Shown here piece by piece: positions 55,298-64,000 of a stretch of DNA of 64,000 bases. The position numbers and the translations under genes were made by a program. The notes under the pieces are model-generated. The model worked only from the letters and a program-made list of their open reading frames with translations, ran no database searches and had not been told where the DNA came from. The first letter of the stretch is position 1, and every line of letters begins with the position of its first letter. Source of the DNA: Candidatus Saccharibacteria bacterium UBA1235. Lineage in GTDB: Bacteria > Patescibacteriota > Saccharimonadia > Saccharimonadales > Saccharimonadaceae. The stretch spans positions 1,612 through 65,611 of the forward strand of contig DBWP01000015.1 in the NCBI GenBank assembly GCA_002309075.1. Reading direction: 5' to 3'.

Positions 55298-56076
55298 AAT
55301 CTCTGAACGGAAAAGAACTCGCTGATTTTATCAAAGAGCGCCAGGCGCACGAAATCCGAAGCTTAGAAAAACAACCCGTCCTTCTTATTATTCGCGACAG
55401 CGACGACCCTGTTATTTCTAAATATGTTAACCTAAAAATCCGCTACGGCGAAGATATTGGGGTAAAAGTTATCGATTTTAAAGCCTCCTCAGCCGCCGAA
55501 ATCGAAAATCGCATTAAAGAGGCAAATTTAGACCCTGAAATTGACGGAATTATTCTCCAGCTCCCTATTACAGATAAAGATAAAACCGACGAACTGACTA
55601 GTCTAATCGCCCCAGAGAAAGACGTCGACGGCCTCTCTGGAAACGGCGATTTCGATTCCGCCACCGCAACCGCCATTCTCTGGCTTCTCGCCGGCTATAA
55701 TATTAACCTAGAAACGGCAAAAATCGCTATCGTCGGCCGCGGAAAACTTGTCGGCGCCCCTCTCTATAAAATATTTTCCGCCTCAAATTACCGCGTCGAC
55801 CTCTTTCATCGAGGTTCCGATCTGAAAGAATTAGCAAATTACGACGTAATAATCACCGCCACCGGTGTTCCAGGGCTAATTACGAGCGACTTTATCCGCC
55901 CTGGCACAGTTTTAGTTGACGCCGGCACCGCCTCTGAAAAAGGCATCTTAAAAGGCGACGTATCAGATGAGGTACGCGAGAGAAACGACCTCGGCGCCAT
56001 CACCCCTGCTATTGGCGGCGTTGGCCCCTTAACCGTCTCTTGTCTTTTTGACCACGTTATTATCGCTTCTAAATAA
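55294..56076 (+). CDS. folD: Bifunctional methylenetetrahydrofolate dehydrogenase/cyclohydrolase
   Basis: GIILQLP, EKDVDG, VGRGKLVG.P, VDAG, GGVGPLTV. Confidence 0.92.
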   Translation: MKSLNGKELADFIKERQAHEIRSLEKQPVLLIIRDSDDPVISKYVNLKIRYGEDIGVKVIDFKASSAAEIENRIKEANLDPEIDGIILQLPITDKDKTDELTSLIAPEKDVDGLSGNGDFDSATATAILWLLAGYNINLETAKIAIVGRGKLVGAPLYKIFSASNYRVDLFHRGSDLKELANYDVIITATGVPGLITSDFIRPGTVLVDAGTASEKGILKGDVSDEVRERNDLGAITPAIGGVGPLTVSCLFDHVIIASK

Positions 56077-56082
56077 CTTATG

Positions 56083-56112
56083 CTTGACTTTTTTGAGTAA
56101 GTGTGCTATAAT
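56083..56112 (+). promoter_or_regulatory. Promoter TTGACT-N17-TATAAT
   Basis: cttgacttttttgagtaagtgtgctataat. Confidence 0.8.
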
Positions 56113-56159
56113 TAGAGTATATCTTTTAGATCGCACATTAATTCATAGGAGGAAGTATT

Positions 56160-56945
56160 ATGAAGAAGATGTTAGTATTAACTGCTATTATTGCAGTCCT
56201 GTCAATTATGTTTTGCGGCTGTGGCTCCGCTACAACCGTAGAAGAACCCGTTATTACTGAAGATGAAGTTACTTTCGAAGAGGAAATGGATTCTGAACCT
56301 GTTATCGAAGAGCCAGCTGTCGATGTCGACTGGCAGACTCTGACATATCAGTGGGAAGACGCTTCCGGCTACACCTTTGAGGCAACTGTACGCGTTAGTC
56401 CTTGGATCAACACCAAGAACGAAACATACGTAAACGCCGCTTGGGACGAAGTCGGACAGGGTAATTCATTGCCAACTTTCGACCCTAACGAACGCGCATA
56501 CTACAATGGAAAATGTGGTTTTGACGGTATTGATAACCTTACAGATATGTATTACTGCATGGGCGAAGTATCCGTTAAAAACATCACTCCTGGTTGGGAT
56601 ATCACACCCGATAACCCTATAGCTCCAGAGACCATTTGTTTATCGCCAGTTCAAGAGGCAGACAATCTTTCGACAAGAAACAGTAGAACAGTAGCTAAGA
56701 CCATATACAGTAATGAAATTCAATCCGATTATACTTGGTCTATTATTTCGCCTTGGCTTCATTCTAATGATTGGGGAACAGTACCATTCGTATTTGCTCA
56801 TTACGATCGTAAAACCCCTAAGTATCCAAATGGAGAATACTTCAATGAAATGGCAGATAGATTATTCTATATCTCCAACAGCTACACTTCCAAAGCTAAT
56901 TCAACGGCCACGGTAAAGCTCAACATCATTGAAGAAGAGAATTAA
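56160..56945 (+). CDS. Putative lipoprotein, hypothetical
   Basis: MKK, hydrophobic stretch, then FCGC lipobox-like site; acidic linker; AGGAGG RBS. Confidence 0.7.
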   Translation: MKKMLVLTAIIAVLSIMFCGCGSATTVEEPVITEDEVTFEEEMDSEPVIEEPAVDVDWQTLTYQWEDASGYTFEATVRVSPWINTKNETYVNAAWDEVGQGNSLPTFDPNERAYYNGKCGFDGIDNLTDMYYCMGEVSVKNITPGWDITPDNPIAPETICLSPVQEADNLSTRNSRTVAKTIYSNEIQSDYTWSIISPWLHSNDWGTVPFVFAHYDRKTPKYPNGEYFNEMADRLFYISNSYTSKANSTATVKLNIIEEEN

Positions 56946-56954
56946 GCCCCTCCT

Positions 56955-56982
56955 AAAAACGCCCTGATTACAGGGCGTTTTT
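56955..56982. terminator. Bidirectional terminator
   Basis: aaaaacgccctg...cagggcgttttt. Confidence 0.85.
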
Positions 56983-56983
56983 T

Positions 56984-59900
56984 CTATTCTATTGGCGGTT
57001 TTTGCGACCCATCTGGCCCACGAAGATAAAGGCTATTATTATCGAAGTCCTCTCCTACTCCTTCTGGCTTAGGGGCCGTCATCGCTTTATACTCCGCTTC
57101 TCGCCCAGCCAACTTATAGATATTCTCTGCTTTCGTTGTATCCCATACGCCAGTTTTATCACGATCATTAATCGTCTCATTTGCAAGCCTCCGGACGCGC
57201 TCAAACTCAGCAGAGCCCTTCATCGCCTCGCTATCCATTAATTTCACCAACTCGCTAAGTGATGAGTTCTTCGCGCCTACGAGCTCCTGACTATTCGTTA
57301 TATAGTTACCAAGCGTCGTATTAACGTTAGGCTGATTGCGCCATGCAGAATAATTCGCCTCTGGCCTTACGTCTCCATCTTGATATTCATTTTTATACGC
57401 CCTGTTATATTGAGCGGCAAATTCAAACCCTAACGGCGCAGAAGTGCGATAAGTCCCGCTGTTTTCGCCCGTCGCGATTTCCTTCATAACAGAAGATAGC
57501 ATCTTGCTGTCATAATTTTTAGCTGCATCTGTTAGATTTTCGCCAATAATATTACCGTCTTTATCCTTAATAAAGCTCTGCCCCGTAATTTTATTGCTCA
57601 AGAAATCCGCTGCAGTATCCTTTCTACGTCCCGCAATTCTAGCAACAGCCACTGCACCCGATTTATTTCCTTCTTTCATGTATTTTTCATACATGTCATA
57701 AAGTTTCTTGTTATCTTCACCATTTCTTGTCGCATCGTTAATAAGTGTTATGTAGTCCATCAAGTCGTCTTTTTCGGCGCGTTTTTGTAAACCAATTGTA
57801 GCAGCCTCAAAACCTACTCCGTTCAAGCTTCGCTCTCGGTTTCTCGTATCTTGATTCTTTAGGTACTGCGCCCTAGATCGCGCAATATTACGATCCCCGC
57901 CCCTTATAAAGCGGCCAAAACTTCCAAGTTCTTTACTTTTACCATTCTCGTCCAATCCAGCGCGAATTCTAGTCCTACGCTCCATTCCGCGCTCCTGCGC
58001 ATTTTTATACGCATCTGTATTTCTAATTCTCTTATCAACTCCACCTCTAAGTCTGTCTCCAAATCCAGTAATTTTCGCTCCTAAGTTCCCCATCGCCGAG
58101 AACGACCCTCTCAGCACGGATGGAATGAAGAAGATCGGTACAATACCCACGATCATTGCCGTAAGCGCTTTTACGAAACTGTCGTTAGCAAAGCCAGAAG
58201 ACAATAGTAATCTGGAAACATAATTACCCCCACTCACTAATAGCCCACAAATCGGATAAACCAAAAGGAGTCCTTCAAATATCTTCAGCCATCTATCAAA
58301 GAATTTTTTCGTGTTAGGCAACATATAGCAAACGAACGCTAAAGGAGATATTACCGCTAACACTACTACCGCCGCTTCCCTTGCGGCCAATAACACAAAT
58401 AAGAAAAAGATCGCAATAATTACGCCTAGTGCTGAAACTAGAAGAGATAAAACTACCGCCGGGTTAGACCAAAAAACCCACGCAGCCCCCCCAACTGCAG
58501 TCGAGAGCAAAGCGACGCTCATGATTGTTGCACCAACGCCACCACCACCATCATCATTGTTTACGTTAAACACCGAATAATCTATGTCCATATTACGACC
58601 CAAATTGTCAAACAAACTCTGTATACTATTACCAACGATATTCGAAATATCTACAAATACTAAACAAATATAAAATGATAAATTCACCAGAATCGCCGCA
58701 ACAATTAATTTTGGTAATATCTTTTTTATTCCATAATTATCAATACCGGTGCCAGTAAGCTGTGAGAAAATTACCACGAGCAATAATATGATAAATACGC
58801 CATTAGCGATGGTTTGAAAAACCGCCCAGCCTTCTTCAGCTCCACCTCCACCCTGATCGGTAAATAACGTCGGTTGAATTTCTAAGCTCGGTTTGACGGA
58901 ACTATCGTATAATCCTTTTACCGCTCCACTCATCCAATCGAGCAGAGGACATACAATCCATCCTAGCGATGCTACTGCTCCCGAGTTTCCACAAGTATCT
59001 TTTAGACTAGACTGCGGTTTCTTCTCACCCCCTCCGAACGCTGATGGGTCGCTATAATTCAACGCTCCCATAAATTCAATTAACTCATCCAGACCAGTGA
59101 TAACTTTCGTCATCGTACGATTATTTCCTTTTTCAAAAACCGTCATTTTTGCCGAATTATTATCCTTAACCTTGCCCGGATCAAGGTTTGCTTCGCACCA
59201 GCCACTATCCCCGCCAAAAACATAGTATTTACCGCCACCCTTCAAGTTAGACGGACGGCTCGCTTGACAATTAGAGCTAACGACCGGGATGCCGTTCATT
59301 CCATAATTATTACTTAAATACGCAAGATACAAATCATACTTTTCTGCATCACTAACCGCAAAACTATCATAGCTTTCCCCAGTCAAAGCAGTAATAAAAT
59401 TCGTCCAATTGTTGTTAACTTTTTTATAAGAAACTTTTTCTGAATTTTCTGCTGTATTATTGCTCTTCTTGATTTCTACTCTTATTGCAGGCCCCTTATT
59501 ATTACCTAAGCCACAACTACCAACTTTACCATAAGTACGGTCACTCGAGTCTATCTCTATAATTGAACTCCCATTGCTAAACTTAGGCGGCTCAGTAAAA
59601 TCCGTAAACACGCTAGCAAAGCACTCCGAACCTTCCTTCTTTACTGTTATCGAACCCTTACTGGCGATAGTCGAATTTGCTCCATGTCCAGAAGTAACAG
59701 TATACCCATCACCTTTTTCATCATTTATATCAAGTTTCGCATCGGCGCCATAACTGTTACCATTCATACATCCTTCGCCAAGCTTCGTGCTAGTTGTACC
59801 AAGATACACAGTATAGCAATATCCTTCAGACGAAGCGTTGCCAGTATTAATAGTGTACTGCATTGTTCCACGCATAAAATCATTTACAACGCTAACAGGT

Positions 59901-60313
59901 TGACCACTACTTGGTACGGCCTTACCATAAATATCAAACAAACTTTTCATGCTTCCAGACAAGCCTGATTTAAACACCCACCCGTCTTCCCCATCGCCCA
60001 AGAAAAGTGCATCGCAAGTAGCTATTCGTCCACCTTCTTTGTCAGTTTCAGTAATTTTATTTTGATTATCAGAAATCGAAGGCACATAAAAACTAGGGTT
60101 GCTTTTTCCTATCAATGAGTTAAAACCTGACTTTTTATACCCTTCATAGCTGGTGCCCTTCAAGACTTTCTGATAACAAGACGACACATTATTTACTAGC
60201 ACTTTTTTGAAAACATCCTCTGTCGAGGCAGCAAAAGCGCCATTAGACAACATGAAAATCGGCGCCATTAAAGCCGCAGCCACAACAAAAATCCACTTAA
60301 ACGCCTTATTCAT
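56984..60313 (-). CDS. Large membrane protein with TrbL/VirB6-like polytopic core
   Basis: Signal peptide, Cys-containing ectodomain, then WIVCP...IANG.FIILLLVVIFSQ...NYGIKKILPKLIVAAILVNLSF multi-TM block, charged cytoplasmic tail. Confidence 0.65.
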   Translation of the reverse strand: MNKAFKWIFVVAAALMAPIFMLSNGAFAASTEDVFKKVLVNNVSSCYQKVLKGTSYEGYKKSGFNSLIGKSNPSFYVPSISDNQNKITETDKEGGRIATCDALFLGDGEDGWVFKSGLSGSMKSLFDIYGKAVPSSGQPVSVVNDFMRGTMQYTINTGNASSEGYCYTVYLGTTSTKLGEGCMNGNSYGADAKLDINDEKGDGYTVTSGHGANSTIASKGSITVKKEGSECFASVFTDFTEPPKFSNGSSIIEIDSSDRTYGKVGSCGLGNNKGPAIRVEIKKSNNTAENSEKVSYKKVNNNWTNFITALTGESYDSFAVSDAEKYDLYLAYLSNNYGMNGIPVVSSNCQASRPSNLKGGGKYYVFGGDSGWCEANLDPGKVKDNNSAKMTVFEKGNNRTMTKVITGLDELIEFMGALNYSDPSAFGGGEKKPQSSLKDTCGNSGAVASLGWIVCPLLDWMSGAVKGLYDSSVKPSLEIQPTLFTDQGGGGAEEGWAVFQTIANGVFIILLLVVIFSQLTGTGIDNYGIKKILPKLIVAAILVNLSFYICLVFVDISNIVGNSIQSLFDNLGRNMDIDYSVFNVNNDDGGGGVGATIMSVALLSTAVGGAAWVFWSNPAVVLSLLVSALGVIIAIFFLFVLLAAREAAVVVLAVISPLAFVCYMLPNTKKFFDRWLKIFEGLLLVYPICGLLVSGGNYVSRLLLSSGFANDSFVKALTAMIVGIVPIFFIPSVLRGSFSAMGNLGAKITGFGDRLRGGVDKRIRNTDAYKNAQERGMERRTRIRAGLDENGKSKELGSFGRFIRGGDRNIARSRAQYLKNQDTRNRERSLNGVGFEAATIGLQKRAEKDDLMDYITLINDATRNGEDNKKLYDMYEKYMKEGNKSGAVAVARIAGRRKDTAADFLSNKITGQSFIKDKDGNIIGENLTDAAKNYDSKMLSSVMKEIATGENSGTYRTSAPLGFEFAAQYNRAYKNEYQDGDVRPEANYSAWRNQPNVNTTLGNYITNSQELVGAKNSSLSELVKLMDSEAMKGSAEFERVRRLANETINDRDKTGVWDTTKAENIYKLAGREAEYKAMTAPKPEGVGEDFDNNSLYLRGPDGSQKPPIE

Positions 60314-61115
60314 TTAAACCCCCACTGGCTAATTCTTTAATATTATTAGCATTCATGACAATAATATTTAACATTTGATTCGATTGCGTTTCTTCAAGAT
60401 ATTCTAACCAAGAATTTTTTTCCTGAATCTCGTTAATTTGTTCCGAATCTAAATCTTCTAAACAGCCATAATCAACCTCATTATCGATTATACAACCAGC
60501 ACCTTTAACACTTTCATAAAACGTCTTATCGGATTCATATAAATCGTCTATCGTTGACTTAAAGTTCATCGTCGTGTCGTCTTCGCTTACATCAAACGGG
60601 TAGCCATAGACAGATAATAATCCGTCCAAATTTCCGTTTTCAAAATAATATTCATAATCGGCATCCGTAAAACTAAGGGTCGTCGCTGCAAAATAATACG
60701 AAATCATCGTTTTAGAGTCATCAACTAAATACGCTAAATCCTCATTCGCTCCTTCTCTAATTTTGTTCAAAATCCCAATAAGCTCGTTATAATAACTCAC
60801 ATTCTTCTCGTCTAACACGCTATAATATCGCGGGATCGTATAAATATTTGCCGATTCGCTACTAGAAACCGTATCGAGCGTTAATTCTCCATTAAAATCT
60901 GCGTCTGATTTTTCCCCCGTCGAAAGTAAATTCAAATATTCATTCGTATATTTTTTAATACTTCCACCTTTTTTATTCCCCATCACAATTATTAAGGCCA
61001 CAAGGCTCACTATTGCAATCGCAATAAAAATCCCAGCCAACCAAAAAGCCCACCTCCTTGGTTTTTTCGTCTCATTCGTTAGAATTACATAGGAATTATC
61101 AACAGACGAATCCAT
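60306..61115 (-). CDS. Hypothetical single-TM acidic protein
   Basis: TM at about aa 22-44; TGGTATAAT-N6-ATG; overlaps the next gene. Confidence 0.7.
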   Translation of the reverse strand: MDSSVDNSYVILTNETKKPRRWAFWLAGIFIAIAIVSLVALIIVMGNKKGGSIKKYTNEYLNLLSTGEKSDADFNGELTLDTVSSSESANIYTIPRYYSVLDEKNVSYYNELIGILNKIREGANEDLAYLVDDSKTMISYYFAATTLSFTDADYEYYFENGNLDGLLSVYGYPFDVSEDDTTMNFKSTIDDLYESDKTFYESVKGAGCIIDNEVDYGCLEDLDSEQINEIQEKNSWLEYLEETQSNQMLNIIVMNANNIKELASGGLNE

Positions 61116-61160
61116 GTTCTTATTATACCATAACCTTTTTGTTTTATGTTAAAAACCACG

Positions 61161-61195
61161 AAAAAATCCCCCCGATAAAACACCGAGGGGATTTT
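61161..61195 (-). terminator. Terminator of the DUF11 gene
   Basis: Minus strand aaaatcccctcgg...cggggggatttttt. Confidence 0.7.
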
Positions 61196-61238
61196 CCCTT
61201 TAACCACCCAATACGTTAAGAAACGTAAAGCGGTCAAA

Positions 61239-62447
61239 TTACATTAACTTTTTGCGGCTAGCAATGAAATAACCAAGCGCAGTAGTTACAGCACCAGCAC
61301 CAAGTGCAGCACCAGCAACTTCAGTCGCACCGGTTTCAACGATCTTCGCAGGGCAAGCTGCATCATTGCGGTTTACCATGACAGAAGCATCGTCTTTATA
61401 AACGCTCGAGTTAACTGTAGCAGAAGCCCAGTTCACGAGTTGGTTAGAACCACAAGCGAGGTTCTTATTTACAACTTTAGCAGTAAAGCGTACGTATGCA
61501 TTACCACGAGCAGCGTAGCTACCGATGTTAATACCGTTAGTTGTAACAGTATCTTCAACGACTTTCACACCGTTCTGGTAGTTAGAGTTGTAAAGCATCG
61601 TTGAGCCCTTGACATATTCCATATTAGTAGGAAGAATGTCACGGATCATAACGTTGTTAACTTGTTCGTCAGCTAAGTTTTTGTACTCGATTTGGTATTC
61701 AACCTCATCACCAACCTTAGCGTTGACAGATTCTTTCCAGTCTTTCGTACCTTTGATACGGACTGTCTTCGAAAGCTTAGAAGTTTTCGAAGTAGCGTGA
61801 ACTTTAACGTCAATCGTTACTTGGCCATCATATTCATAACAACCAGGAACTTTGCCGTCTAAAGATTCATAACCCAAAGTTGCGCCAGTAGTAACCACAT
61901 TATCAGAGATTGCAACTGTACCCATCTTTACGTTAGTATATTTAGCTGAACCTTCAACATATTCGAGGAAGAAGGTGTCAGAAGATGTTAACTTAACTTC
62001 ATCCCAAATCCGGTTAGGAGTTGCGTTAGAAGAATTAAGATAACCGATTACAGAGTGTTCCTTAGCAATCGTAGTAGGAAGCGAGAAGCTTGCCGAAACG
62101 TTTTCAGCTACACCAGCAGTGCCTTTCGGGCTGTTGTTGTGAACATAAAGACGAATCGTATAAGTTTCGCCATCTTTTACAGCGATAGTGTCAGCATTCC
62201 AAGTTTTTGCGTTGGAATTTTTGACTCTTGCGCCAACGAAGTTGCGCTCATCGCCAATTTTACCGTTAGTAATAGAGTTAAAAGTAATGGTATCCCCAAG
62301 CGCACCAGCATTAACTTGCTCGAGCGTATAGGTTGACCGACCATTCGCGGAGTCGCCCCAAGCGAAAACATTCGCTGGAACCATAGAAACGCCAGCTACG
62401 ATCATCGCAGCGGAAGCGCTTAAAATAGTTTTATAAACCTTATTCAT
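61239..62447 (-). CDS. DUF11-domain surface protein with C-terminal sorting-signal-like tail
   Basis: Signal peptide; VGDEVEYQIEYKN....NNV.IRDILP.NM.YV.GST DUF11 repeat; IVETG plus hydrophobic helix plus RKK. Confidence 0.8.
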   Translation of the reverse strand: MNKVYKTILSASAAMIVAGVSMVPANVFAWGDSANGRSTYTLEQVNAGALGDTITFNSITNGKIGDERNFVGARVKNSNAKTWNADTIAVKDGETYTIRLYVHNNSPKGTAGVAENVSASFSLPTTIAKEHSVIGYLNSSNATPNRIWDEVKLTSSDTFFLEYVEGSAKYTNVKMGTVAISDNVVTTGATLGYESLDGKVPGCYEYDGQVTIDVKVHATSKTSKLSKTVRIKGTKDWKESVNAKVGDEVEYQIEYKNLADEQVNNVMIRDILPTNMEYVKGSTMLYNSNYQNGVKVVEDTVTTNGINIGSYAARGNAYVRFTAKVVNKNLACGSNQLVNWASATVNSSVYKDDASVMVNRNDAACPAKIVETGATEVAGAALGAGAVTTALGYFIASRKKLM

Positions 62448-62619
62448 GATTATCCTTTCCTTAATTAATCAAAAATAATTAGTTGTTCTGCTAGCCGAAT
62501 TGTTAACATTCGTCTATAAACAACCGAATCGTCTCAAATTTCAAATCTTGGATTAAGCCCGGCAGCCTTAGCTGCCGGACCTAATAAAGTGCTGGGCTTT
62601 CGCCCCATATGCCTATATG

Positions 62620-64000
62620 CTAGTCTGCAGGACCTCCCCATTCGGTCCCCGGCTTGTCATCCGTTGTGGATGTTGTGCCACCACCCGCAGTACTTTCCAC
62701 ATGTGTGTCATGTACTGGAGTTTCGACATCTATTCCTCCATATCCTGTACCCTTGTCGGCATTACTGTCGATCTTGGTGTCTGGTGTTGGAGGTGGAGTT
62801 GATGGTTTGTTTGGATCGCCAGCTACTTTCTGGTGTTCCGCTACATCCTTAAGCTCCTGCACCGCTTCTTTATACTCCTTTGGAGTCATAAAAGCAGAAT
62901 TTCCTGGCTTTTCAGCCTTGGAGTGCTGAGCTCCTGGACCATTATTCGTATCTGGACCAGGTCCCGGCGTATCGTTCGGGCCAACATCGGTTCCCTTAGT
63001 TGGATCTTTAGGTACTGGTACCTTTGATCCGCCGCCAGAGTGATGACCACCACCGCCAGACGAATGTCCGCCGCCACCTTCTGTTTTACCTGGATCAGGC
63101 TTTGTCGGTGTCGGAGTTGGAATCGTCGGCTTCTTGTTTGGATTCTTACGAACCGGCAGATTCATGATCTTACCTACATTTGTAGGCTGGAACCCGCAGT
63201 CAATCCTGTAAGCTACTTCCTTAATTTCACCCTTAATATTAAGAGTGTATTTCAAGAAGTAACCCTGCTGATTTAATGACTGCATAACGATGATGTCAGG
63301 TACTCCGTCCACTGTAAATGGATTCATGTACATCTGATCATCAAGTCCACCAGCGACCTTGACGACTTCAACTTTGTCGGCTGTATCGAGGAATTTAAAG
63401 AATGCGCTAAGCGTATCGTTGTAAATATCCTGATATTCCATCCAGCGAACTTTCGCTGAATTCATAGTTGAAGCCCACTCGCCTTTACACTCGTCGTAAA
63501 ATTCGCCGAGGTAACGAGTCTTCAGGCTCGCATCAAACCATGCCAGATCTGCTGCACCAAGTGCTGGGTCACGAGATAATCTATCTCTGAAGTTTGCCTC
63601 GATTTCATCAACTGAAACCAGAGCAATCATTTCATCAACAGATTTATTCTCGATATCCTTCAGCTTAAGTTCACCGTTTGCTACCTTTCCTTCTACAAGA
63701 CCTTCAAGAGGATTCAGACCAAAGTTGAAATCATTCATCTTGTCCTCATCCTTATTGACGTCATTATTGTAGAAATAGTACCAAGCTGCTTCCGAAACAG
63801 CGACAGGAGTCTCCTCTACGACAGGCTCTTTTCCGTACTTATCCCAATCGATACTAAAAATAGCAGCGACGATAATAACGATTAAGAGCACCGCAAGAGC
63901 AGGCCATCTAAGCTGTCTGTAATATTCGGCTCCTGCCGGATCTTTTTCCGCTTCATACATCGCAGAAAGCCAAGCGAGCGGAAATGCGAACAGATAGCCC
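62620..64000 (-). CDS. Membrane-anchored protein with Pro/Thr/Gly-rich C-terminal region; 5-prime end lies beyond the window
   Basis: The frame stays open upstream of the listed ATG to the window edge (GYLFAFPLAWLSA); TM at about ALAVLLIVIIVAAIFSI. Confidence 0.7.
   Translation of the reverse strand, partial: GYLFAFPLAWLSAMYEAEKDPAGAEYYRQLRWPALAVLLIVIIVAAIFSIDWDKYGKEPVVEETPVAVSEAAWYYFYNNDVNKDEDKMNDFNFGLNPLEGLVEGKVANGELKLKDIENKSVDEMIALVSVDEIEANFRDRLSRDPALGAADLAWFDASLKTRYLGEFYDECKGEWASTMNSAKVRWMEYQDIYNDTLSAFFKFLDTADKVEVVKVAGGLDDQMYMNPFTVDGVPDIIVMQSLNQQGYFLKYTLNIKGEIKEVAYRIDCGFQPTNVGKIMNLPVRKNPNKKPTIPTPTPTKPDPGKTEGGGGHSSGGGGHHSGGGSKVPVPKDPTKGTDVGPNDTPGPGPDTNNGPGAQHSKAEKPGNSAFMTPKEYKEAVQELKDVAEHQKVAGDPNKPSTPPPTPDTKIDSNADKGTGYGGIDVETPVHDTHVESTAGGGTTSTTDDKPGTEWGGPAD

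Noticed and set aside
62555-62606. c-di-GMP-I riboswitch
   Set aside because: It has a GAAA tetraloop and a UAAG element but lacks the rest of the consensus as I recall it; left as an unclassified structure.
1-64000. CRISPR array, rRNA, transposase, integrase or prophage
   Set aside because: No regularly spaced repeat-spacer array, rRNA-like tract or recognisable mobile-element protein motifs were seen.
1-64000. Complete DGR (RT, Avd, template repeat) within the window
   Set aside because: No ORF has RT motifs and no non-coding AAC-rich copy of the variable blocks was seen; only putative targets are present.
1-64000. Alternative genetic code (TGA as Gly, as in Gracilibacteria and Absconditabacteria)
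   Set aside because: TGA ends genes at sensible positions (iscU; tsaE with ATGA overlap) and core genes are full length under the standard code.

Overview
A 64-kb stretch of a streamlined, AT-leaning bacterial chromosome. Gene content and style point to Candidatus Saccharibacteria (TM7, CPR/Patescibacteria), probably host- or gut-associated; this is an inference. The code is standard, with TGA used as a stop. Core genes: ychF, rnhB-yraN, rplS, ruvA, ruvC, radA, murC, tsaE, tsaB, clpP, clpC, galU-like, gpmI, pgi, iscU, iscS, pepN, ftsH, lepA, pnp, rpsO, truB, recX, recA, murB, folD, three tRNAs and a complete arginine deiminase cluster. Surface and accessory genes are interspersed. Most native genes appear leaderless (TGnTATAAT-N6/7-ATG), so several starts in the ORF track were shortened. 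There is no rRNA, CRISPR array, transposase or reverse transcriptase. Main unexplained signals: (1) a family of 106-120 nt GC-rich palindromic elements inserted in frame in lepA, recX and murB, plus a related intergenic copy. They share core hairpins but have locus-specific arms, and all G-T wobbles lie on the element's own strand. (2) Two paralogous Fib_succ_major (FISUMP) surface proteins with an internal hypervariable block showing a DGR-like codon signature; one is switched off by a G10 tract in its signal peptide. (3) A 33-bp consensus promoter present both between genes and in frame inside gpmI. (4) Foreign-looking single-gene cassettes sharing one promoter design.
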